Virus record (IMG/VR): IMGVR_UViG_2908273394_000001
Location: 27,198 to 91,197 of that record
Source of the DNA: a virus
Taxonomy: Duplodnaviria > Caudoviricetes
DNA: 64,000 nt
Strand: one strand, 5' to 3'
Positions within the stretch are counted from its first letter, which is position 1. The number at the start of each line of letters is the position of its first letter. Of the stretch, positions 57,269-64,000 are shown in pieces. The position numbers were made by a program, and so were the translations under genes. A model generated the notes under the pieces. The model saw only the letters and a program-made list of their open reading frames with translations, made no database searches and had not been told where the DNA came from.

Positions 57269-58624
57269 ATGTCCGCCCCCTCGGGTGACATCCCGTGCCA
57301 GCGGACCGGCACTCAGGCCCCTGCCCTGACCGCCCTCGCGGTCCCCGCGGCCCGTCAGTGGATCTCCGAGACGACCGGCCGGATCGCCCCCGACGCCTAC
57401 TCGTGGATGCAGGCCGTGCACTGGGTCGGCGGCTCCGGCCTGTACGAGCCGTCCCGCAGCCACGGCCCGAAGTGGGGCCCGACGACCGTCGTCATCGCGC
57501 AGGAGATGTCCGCGCTCGCCGAGTGCCGGCCCGGCGTGGACTACCTCGCGCGGAAGCTCGGCGTGGCGGAGCGCACCGTGCAGTACCACCTCGACATGCT
57601 CCGGGAGGCCGGGCTGCTGGTGTACCGCTCCAAGGGCACCCGCGCGGCGGGCCGTGTCCGCCTCGCGTCCGTCTTCGAGCGGGTCATCCCGGTCGAGTTC
57701 GACCAGGCCCTCGGGATCAGGACCGTCCAGCGCGACGAGGCAGCGCCGGCCTACACGCGGGTGCCGGTCGGGATCGCCGAGCAGGGCCGCACCCTGATCG
57801 GGAAGCTCGCGAAGAAGGCCGCCCGGAAGGTGCGCCGGAAGCGCTCGAGGACCCGCCGAACCGCAGGGTTGGATTGCACCCCAATGCAGGTCGGTACCTC
57901 AACTGTCTCTTCTACCGGTGTCACTCCTCTTCCCTCTGAGAGCAAGCTCGCAAGCGGGAAGAAGTCGTCCCCCACCCCCAAGCAGCAGAAGCCGAAGGCC
58001 CGGAAGCTCAACCAGGTAGGCCGCCGATACCAGCTCGCCCGTGAGCTCATCTCCCAGGTGCCGTGGCTCGGCAACGCGTCCGTCGCCCGGATCGCGTGGG
58101 TCGTCCGGCACGTGGCCGATGCGGGCTGGAGCGTGGATGAGGTCCGCGCGTTCCTGGCCCTGGCCGCCGACCCGGAGGCCCGCCGCCCCTCGGCGCTGCT
58201 GGCGTACCGCCTCAAGGGCGCGCACCTCCTGTGGGACACGAACGCCAAGCGGGCCGCTGCTGTGGACGCGTGGCGGGACTGCCGCAAGGCCACCGCTGGT
58301 CGGCACGCTGAGTGGGAGGTGCAGCAGCCCGGGCCGCCGTCGTCGCGCGCTGTGCAGCGTCTGTTCGCCGAGGCGGCGGCCGCCGTTGACGCCCAGCTCC
58401 TCGACGACCAGCACGTGACCGTCGTCGACGCTGGCACGGAGCTCGCCCTCGAGGACCTTCCGCGTGACGTCGTCATCGACATGAGGGCCGCCGCCCAGGC
58501 CGACCTGACGCTCATCACCGCGGCGCTCGAGACCGGCATGAGCGAGCGCGACGCCCGCCGCCTGTACACCAACCAGCTCGTCGACCGCGCCCTGCGGACC
58601 TGGAAGGAGAAGACCTATGTCTGA
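57269..58624 (+). CDS. HTH replication initiator-like protein (start uncertain)
   Basis: CRPGVDYLARKLGVAERTVQYHLDMLREAGLL; coupled to dciA-like gene, upstream of parAB. Confidence 0.7.
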   Translation: MSAPSGDIPCQRTGTQAPALTALAVPAARQWISETTGRIAPDAYSWMQAVHWVGGSGLYEPSRSHGPKWGPTTVVIAQEMSALAECRPGVDYLARKLGVAERTVQYHLDMLREAGLLVYRSKGTRAAGRVRLASVFERVIPVEFDQALGIRTVQRDEAAPAYTRVPVGIAEQGRTLIGKLAKKAARKVRRKRSRTRRTAGLDCTPMQVGTSTVSSTGVTPLPSESKLASGKKSSPTPKQQKPKARKLNQVGRRYQLARELISQVPWLGNASVARIAWVVRHVADAGWSVDEVRAFLALAADPEARRPSALLAYRLKGAHLLWDTNAKRAAAVDAWRDCRKATAGRHAEWEVQQPGPPSSRAVQRLFAEAAAAVDAQLLDDQHVTVVDAGTELALEDLPRDVVIDMRAAAQADLTLITAALETGMSERDARRLYTNQLVDRALRTWKEKTYV

Positions 58625-59417
58625 CCCGCAGCCCATCGCATCCGGCCGGGACCTCGCCCGCCAGGCCCTCGCCGCCTACAAGGCCTCCCGCCCCACCGGG
58701 CCGGCCACCGCCCGCCCGACGAAGGCCCGCCGCTCGAGGCACACCGCCGGAAGCGGCCGCGACCCTGTCGGCTTCGGCTCCCTCCTCGGCCAGATCAGCG
58801 CAGAGCAGGGCTGGGCCGTCGGTGTCCGCGGCGGCAGCATCCTCGACCGATGGGACGAGCTGTGCCCGCAGTACGCCGGCCGCGTCCAAGCCGTCGCGTT
58901 CGACGCCGACCGCGGCCGCCTCGACCTGCGCCCAGCTTCCGACGCCTACGCCACCCAGCTCCGGCTCCTCGCCGGACAGCTCGCCCGGCAGATCAACACC
59001 AAGCTGGGCACCGACACCGTCCGCGCCATTCGCGTCCTGCCCGTCGGCCGCATCGACGCGCCGGCCCCGGCCGTCACAGAGGACGAGCCCACTTCAGCGC
59101 TCGCCCCGGTACGAACAAGGCAGGACGCGTCCTCGGGCTATCACCGCGCCCTCGCCGTCCACCGAGAACACCACCGCACCCACGTCGACGACGCTGCTCT
59201 CGCCGAACGGATCGCCGCCGCCCGTGCCCGCCAGGACGCCGCCCTCCTCGCCCGCCGACTTCCCGACGACGAGCACACCGAGTACCTCGCCGAACAGGAG
59301 CGGCTCACCAAGGGCCGGCCCGTCGACGACCTGGCCGCCAGCATCCAGGCCGCCCTGCACTACAAGCACCACGGCGACCCGCGCCGCGAACCCCGCCAAG
59401 CGTTCAAGATCGCATGA
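58617..59417 (+). CDS. DciA/DUF721-family helicase loader-like protein
   Basis: RDP..GW..ILDRW..SDAYATQLRLL..QINTKLG..VRAIRV. Confidence 0.75.
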   Translation: MSDPQPIASGRDLARQALAAYKASRPTGPATARPTKARRSRHTAGSGRDPVGFGSLLGQISAEQGWAVGVRGGSILDRWDELCPQYAGRVQAVAFDADRGRLDLRPASDAYATQLRLLAGQLARQINTKLGTDTVRAIRVLPVGRIDAPAPAVTEDEPTSALAPVRTRQDASSGYHRALAVHREHHRTHVDDAALAERIAAARARQDAALLARRLPDDEHTEYLAEQERLTKGRPVDDLAASIQAALHYKHHGDPRREPRQAFKIA

Positions 59418-59430
59418 CCCCAGCCGTCGG

Positions 59431-59846
59431 ATATTGCGACGCAATATCGGGCCGCCCCCGGACCCGGGGGATCAAGCTGCGGAATCTGCGGGACCGTAGA
59501 GACCCCCAGGTAGCTACCGCACCTGCCGCTGGAACGGAGCCCACTATGACGACCGTCGTCACCAGCCCCCCGATGGCCTGCCTCCTCCACGCCGAAGTCC
59601 ACCCCATGACCTCCACCTGCTGGGGCACCACCCTCGACTGGTACCTGCTGCACGACCACCTCGAGCAGGCCGAAGCCCGGGACGCCTACCAGGCCGCCGT
59701 CGAGCGGGAGATGATCGACCGGCACGTACGGCAGCAGCCGGCTTGAACCTCTGCCCGCCGATATTGCGACGCAATATTCGGGCTCGGCGCGGACAGCGGG
59801 GCGGCCCCCAGGAGCGTGGGGGTCGCCAAATATTGCGACGCAATAT
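59431..59846. repeat. Three identical 17-bp palindromes, candidate parS
   Basis: ATATTGCGACGCAATAT at 59431, 59761, 59830. Confidence 0.85.
59546..59746 (+). CDS. Possible 66-aa protein between parS-like sites
   Basis: GGAG RBS; weak support. Confidence 0.4.
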   Translation: MTTVVTSPPMACLLHAEVHPMTSTCWGTTLDWYLLHDHLEQAEARDAYQAAVEREMIDRHVRQQPA

Positions 59847-59916
59847 TCGGGGCGTGGCCGACGACACGTGAGGCCCCTGCGTCCCATCACATGCTCCGAG
59901 TCAGTAAGGTGACGCC

Positions 59917-61080
59917 ATGGCATCTCCTTACCCCTCGGGCGTCAGGGAAAAGGTGGCGTCGAAGCTACCGCCCGCGCTCAAGCAAGAACTGAAGATTCGG
60001 GCGGCCGAACTCGGCCTCGACATCCAGGAAGCGGTCACCGCCGCAGTCCACGACTGGCGCGGCCACGACAGGGCACTCAGCCCGGTCGACACCACCGGCG
60101 CCGACTCCTTCAGCACCTGGCTCCCCACAGGAATGTACGAGGAGTTCAAGGCGACCTGCGCCCAGCGCGACGTTTCCTACATTCAGGGCCTCGCCCAGGC
60201 CGTCCGACTCTGGCTGGACGCCCACCCCTCACCGAGCAACCAGCCGGCTGGCGGCATCGTCGAGCGGAAGATCGTCTGCAACCAGAAGGGCGGCGTCGGC
60301 AAGACCACCACTGCCGCGGGCATCGCCCAGGCGTACGCCGAGGACGGGAAGCGTGTGCTGCTGGTCGACTACGACCCGCAGGGCCACCTGACTCAGCAGC
60401 TCGGCTTCCAGCAGACACCTCCCGGTGAGGACAGCCTCGTGTCGCACATGTGCGGCGAGGGGAACGGCGACCTGCGCGACCTCATCCTCACCATCGAGGA
60501 CCCCCGCTTCGAGAAGCGCCTGCACCTGCTGCCCTCATGCTTCGACGGATTCCTCCTCGACGCCCGCGTCGGCGTGAAGGCAGTCCAGGCCCGCGGCTTC
60601 CAGAAGGAGAGCGCGCTCGAGCGGGCGCTCGCGGAGGTGGAGAGCGCGTACGACGTCATCGTGGTGGACTGCCCGCCGAGCCTCGGCATCGCCATGGACG
60701 CCGCACTCTTCTACGGTCGGCGCCGCGACGGCGAGCGTGTCGGCGTATCCGGCGTCATCATCCCTGTCCTTGCCGAGGACTCCTCCGCCACCGCCTACGG
60801 CATGCTCGCTGGGCAGATAGAGGATCTGTGCCTCGATCTGAACCTCCGCGTCGACTACCTCGGCCTGGTCGTCAACATGTACGACTCCCGCCGCGGCACC
60901 GTCGCCACCACGTCCCTCAAGTCGTGGCGTGAGCTCGGGGACCCGCCGGTGCTGGCCGTCATCAACGACCTGAAGGAGCAGCGCGAGGCAGTCCGCAAGA
61001 TGATGCCGCTTCTCTCCTACGCGCCGATGAGCGAGCAGGCGGAGGCCATGCGCCAGATTGCGAGGCGAGTCACCGCATGA
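59917..61080 (+). CDS. parA: ParA ATPase with two N-terminal RHH-like repeats
   Basis: KGGVGKTT, DYDPQG, DCPPSLG. Confidence 0.93.
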   Translation: MASPYPSGVREKVASKLPPALKQELKIRAAELGLDIQEAVTAAVHDWRGHDRALSPVDTTGADSFSTWLPTGMYEEFKATCAQRDVSYIQGLAQAVRLWLDAHPSPSNQPAGGIVERKIVCNQKGGVGKTTTAAGIAQAYAEDGKRVLLVDYDPQGHLTQQLGFQQTPPGEDSLVSHMCGEGNGDLRDLILTIEDPRFEKRLHLLPSCFDGFLLDARVGVKAVQARGFQKESALERALAEVESAYDVIVVDCPPSLGIAMDAALFYGRRRDGERVGVSGVIIPVLAEDSSATAYGMLAGQIEDLCLDLNLRVDYLGLVVNMYDSRRGTVATTSLKSWRELGDPPVLAVINDLKEQREAVRKMMPLLSYAPMSEQAEAMRQIARRVTA

Positions 61081-62255
61081 CGTCACGAGCCGAAACCCTC
61101 GGCCCCTCATCAGCCTTCGGCGCCGCAGCCGGCGCGCGCAGTGCGCGCCGCGAAATCTACGAACGGACCATGGGGCTGCAGCCCGACCCCACCAAGCTGC
61201 CCGTCACGGCCATCAGCCTCAACCCGGGAAACCCGCGCTCCGAGCTGGGCAATCTGACCGACCTGGCCAACAGCCTGCGCGACCACGGCCAGAAGACCGC
61301 GATCAGCATCATGAGCCGCGAGGCGTACCTCGCTGCTGAGCCGAATCGCGCTGCCGAGCTCGAGCCCGGCACCCAGTACGTAGTAATCGAGGGCAACTCC
61401 CGACTGGCCGCTGCCCGCGAGGCAGGCCTGCCGACCATCAAGGTGATGGTCGACGACAGCCTCGGCAGCGACTCCGACAGCATCCTCGAGTCGGCCCTCG
61501 TCGCGAACGTCCACCGCAACGAGCTCGCCCACCTAGATGAGGCCCGGGCGCTAGCCCGACTGCTGAAAATCCACGGCACGCAAGAAGCCCTGGCGGCCCG
61601 GCTGCACCGGTCCCAGACGTGGGTCTCGCATCGCCTGGCCCTGCTGAACCTGACTCCCGAGCTACAGGAACGCCTGGAGAACGGCGAAGAGTCCCCCGAC
61701 CTGCTCAAGAAGGTCGGCAGCAAGAAGCCGGAAGAACAGCAGGCGCACCTGGACAGACTCAAGGAGAAGAGGGCCGCTGAAGCCGCCGCGCGGAAGGCCG
61801 CCAAGGCGAACCGCGCAGCGCCGGCCCCGAAGCCCATGCCGCCTGTCGAGAAGGGCCCTGACGGCGGCACGAACTGGGCCAAGCCTGAAGACCTCGGCAA
61901 CGCGTTTCTCCCGAAGGCCCCTGCGGCCAAGCAGCCATCCGACACGGATGTGGTCGCGCAGGAGTCGGAGACACCTGCTCCAGCCCCCTCTCCGGCCCCA
62001 GTCCCCGACCCGCGGCCGAGCGGGGCTTCCTCGACCGGTGTGCCCGTCATGCCGTGGAAGGACGGCGTCGCCGTCATGGACATCGCACTGAAGGCGATGG
62101 ACGACCAGCAGCGCAGTCGCCTGATCCACCGGTACTTCGCCGTCGCTGACCCGGACGCTGTCGCGGCCGCGATGCGGGAGACCTGCAGCCCGGCCGAACG
62201 CGAAGAGTTCGCCGGCACCCTGGCCAAGGTGGCGGCCCTGCTGACGCAGGACTGA
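61077..62255 (+). CDS. parB: ParB partition protein
   Basis: NPGNPR, IEGNSRLAA, ANVHR, TQEALAARLHRSQTWVS. Confidence 0.9.
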   Translation: MTSRAETLGPSSAFGAAAGARSARREIYERTMGLQPDPTKLPVTAISLNPGNPRSELGNLTDLANSLRDHGQKTAISIMSREAYLAAEPNRAAELEPGTQYVVIEGNSRLAAAREAGLPTIKVMVDDSLGSDSDSILESALVANVHRNELAHLDEARALARLLKIHGTQEALAARLHRSQTWVSHRLALLNLTPELQERLENGEESPDLLKKVGSKKPEEQQAHLDRLKEKRAAEAAARKAAKANRAAPAPKPMPPVEKGPDGGTNWAKPEDLGNAFLPKAPAAKQPSDTDVVAQESETPAPAPSPAPVPDPRPSGASSTGVPVMPWKDGVAVMDIALKAMDDQQRSRLIHRYFAVADPDAVAAAMRETCSPAEREEFAGTLAKVAALLTQD

Positions 62256-62705
62256 CAGCCGATGCCGGGCGGCCCCGCCCCTCCGAACCGGGAGGAGCGG
62301 GGCCGCGGTACGTCATGGCCGGGAATGCCTCTACCTGCGTGCCGAGCTGAGTCACTACAATCACCGTCATCTGACGGGCTTGCCCGTGAGGTCTCTGGGC
62401 CCCTGCGGGGCGCTGTGGGTCGTTGTCGGCACTTCGTCCCCACGCGCGCTGCAGGGGCTTTCGCATGACCAGGCACCCGGTTCCGTACTTTTTCAGCCTC
62501 ACCGCAGCTCGGTATGGCCGAAAAGATGTGGTTTGTTTGTGCAGGCCGGTATCAAAAACCGACTCGGTCTCCCCGCCAGGTCGGTTTTGGTGCCACAGTG
62601 GCCTACCTGAGGTGGAGGCAGTCACCTCGGCCTCGACGCCCGGGCATAAGGGGAGCCCCGGACTCGAGAACCCTTCCCGATCTGCCCCGGAGCGGAGACG
62701 CCCCA

Positions 62706-63032
62706 ATGTCCTCAGCCGAACACGCCCCCGCGCCCCAGACCAGCGCCGGGTCCGTCATCCACCTCGCACACCGCGCCCGCCGCAAAGCACCACCGATCGC
62801 GGCCGTAGAGAACAGCCCGGCACAGGAACTGGCTTTCACCGTCCAAGCCATGTTCCAGGCCCACGGCCGGAGCCTGACCGACCCGGCCACCGCGCAGGCC
62901 TTCGAGACGACCCTCGAGGTCGTGATGCTCCTCGTCGACGGCGCCCGCGCCCAAGACGTCGTCGGGGAGACCGAGTACCAGGACCTGCGGGCGATGCTGG
63001 AAGACATGAGACACGCACCCCAGCTCGTCTGA
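62706..63032 (+). CDS. Hypothetical protein
   Basis: GGAG RBS, 108 aa. Confidence 0.65.
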   Translation: MSSAEHAPAPQTSAGSVIHLAHRARRKAPPIAAVENSPAQELAFTVQAMFQAHGRSLTDPATAQAFETTLEVVMLLVDGARAQDVVGETEYQDLRAMLEDMRHAPQLV

Positions 63033-63254
63033 CATATGCCAGCCGACATTGCGGTGTGAATCGGGAGAACCACCGCCACGCACAGTTGCCTAGCGTTGAT
63101 CAATACGCACAGTGCGTTCAACTCCAGCCACTTCTATGCCACGATGAGTCGTCCGGATCGACCCGGAGTGACAGAATCCGGCTCCCGGCGCGCGTCCCTG
63201 GCACCAGACAGTCACGCACTCGCGCCCTCGGGCCGCACGGCGGACGGGGACACG

Positions 63255-63785
63255 ATGAGCGCAGGGGACGACACCACTCCGGCAGCCCGCCTCCGGCTGC
63301 TGCAGAACGAGTTCCTCCAGCCCGGCCGAGGCCGGCACCACGAACGCGCCGCAAAGGCCAGCACCCCCTCACTGCCGATCAGGGTCGCGATCTACGACCA
63401 CATTCAGGCAGCCGTCGCCGAGGCCACCGAACACACCCGGGCTGTGGCACCGCACGCCGGCCCCCGACCCAAGCAGGCCGAGAAGACCTACGAGTGGATG
63501 GTCGAGCAGACCGCCCACCTCGACCCCGACCGGCAGCGCAACCGAGACGCCCTGATCTACCGGCAGGGGCTCGAGCACGCCATCGTCATGGGCGAGTCCA
63601 AAATCATCTGCCGCCACCCCTGCCCCGGCTGCGGAACCTGGGGCCTTTTCTGGCGCCGCGACGCAGCCGTCTGCGTGAACCGGTACTGCGCCGACGACGA
63701 CGGGGTAGCCAGGACCTGGACGCTCCAGCAGATCGCCGAGGACCACATCGCCAGGAAAGAATCCGCCGCCCAGCGTGCAACCTGA
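63255..63785 (+). CDS. Hypothetical protein with C-terminal Zn finger
   Basis: CPGCGTW..CVNRYC. Confidence 0.7.
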   Translation: MSAGDDTTPAARLRLLQNEFLQPGRGRHHERAAKASTPSLPIRVAIYDHIQAAVAEATEHTRAVAPHAGPRPKQAEKTYEWMVEQTAHLDPDRQRNRDALIYRQGLEHAIVMGESKIICRHPCPGCGTWGLFWRRDAAVCVNRYCADDDGVARTWTLQQIAEDHIARKESAAQRAT

Positions 63786-63923
63786 CGCTACGCTCGTTGG
63801 TCTACCAATCGCCCGAACCTTCATCACATGACAGTCCCACCCAAGGCTGTCAGCACCCGCACCACCCCGCATTTTCGGCCGCAGGAGCTGCGAACTTCGG
63901 CCGCCGAGACCCGGGAGCCCCTC

Positions 63924-64000
63924 GTGGCCATCAGCACCATCCAGCCCTACACGCCCACTCAGGACCTGGTGACGTACAAGGAGGCCAAGAGGCTGTTCGC
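63924..64000 (+). CDS. Start of a probable HTH protein (truncated by window)
   Basis: GGAG RBS; DLVTYKEAKRLF. Confidence 0.45.
   Translation, partial: MAISTIQPYTPTQDLVTYKEAKRLF

Larger units (their letters stand above)
1..64000. mobile_element. Conjugative phage-plasmid (siphovirus morphogenesis + TraB conjugation + ParAB partition); both ends lie outside the window
   Basis: Co-occurrence of terminase/portal/capsid/tail/lysis genes, FtsK-type TraB with GntR repressor, and rep-dciA-parAB; no host genes or att-tRNA seen. Confidence 0.85.

Noticed and set aside
59431-59846. CRISPR-like array
   Set aside because: Only three 17-bp palindromes with irregular spacing and no cas genes
62548-62594. 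Hairpin AAAACCGAC..GTCGGTTTT in the gap after parB
   Set aside because: Single stem with no further support; cannot distinguish terminator, operator or chance

Overview
The whole window is GC-rich actinomycete (Streptomyces-like) mobile-element DNA with no recognisable host housekeeping genes. It combines three lifestyles: (i) a TraB/FtsK-type conjugation and spread module with a KorSA-like GntR repressor (about 6.7-16.4 kb); (ii) an apparently complete siphovirus morphogenesis and lysis set (19.9-45.2 kb), with the packaging genes transcribed divergently from the head-tail operon; (iii) plasmid functions (two HTH initiator-like genes, a DciA-like gene, parS-like palindromes, parAB). It is best read as a conjugative phage-plasmid of the pZL12 type. 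The strongest unexplained signal is a perfect 36-bp AT-rich inverted repeat pair (45174-45209 and 56205-56240) bracketing an 11-kb segment that encodes a Cre-like tyrosine recombinase, a second catalytically incomplete recombinase, a stand-alone WYL protein and the putative early operon; this is a candidate invertible switch or amplification system. Also seen: six RecA-NDp/PafBC-like promoter motifs, an expanded DUF6221-like family, a dense TGAGCC cluster in the spread gene, and a candidate structured sRNA. About 12 single-base frameshifts, all at short C/G runs, look like sequencing errors rather than pseudogenes. All family calls come from motif recognition by eye, not from database searches.
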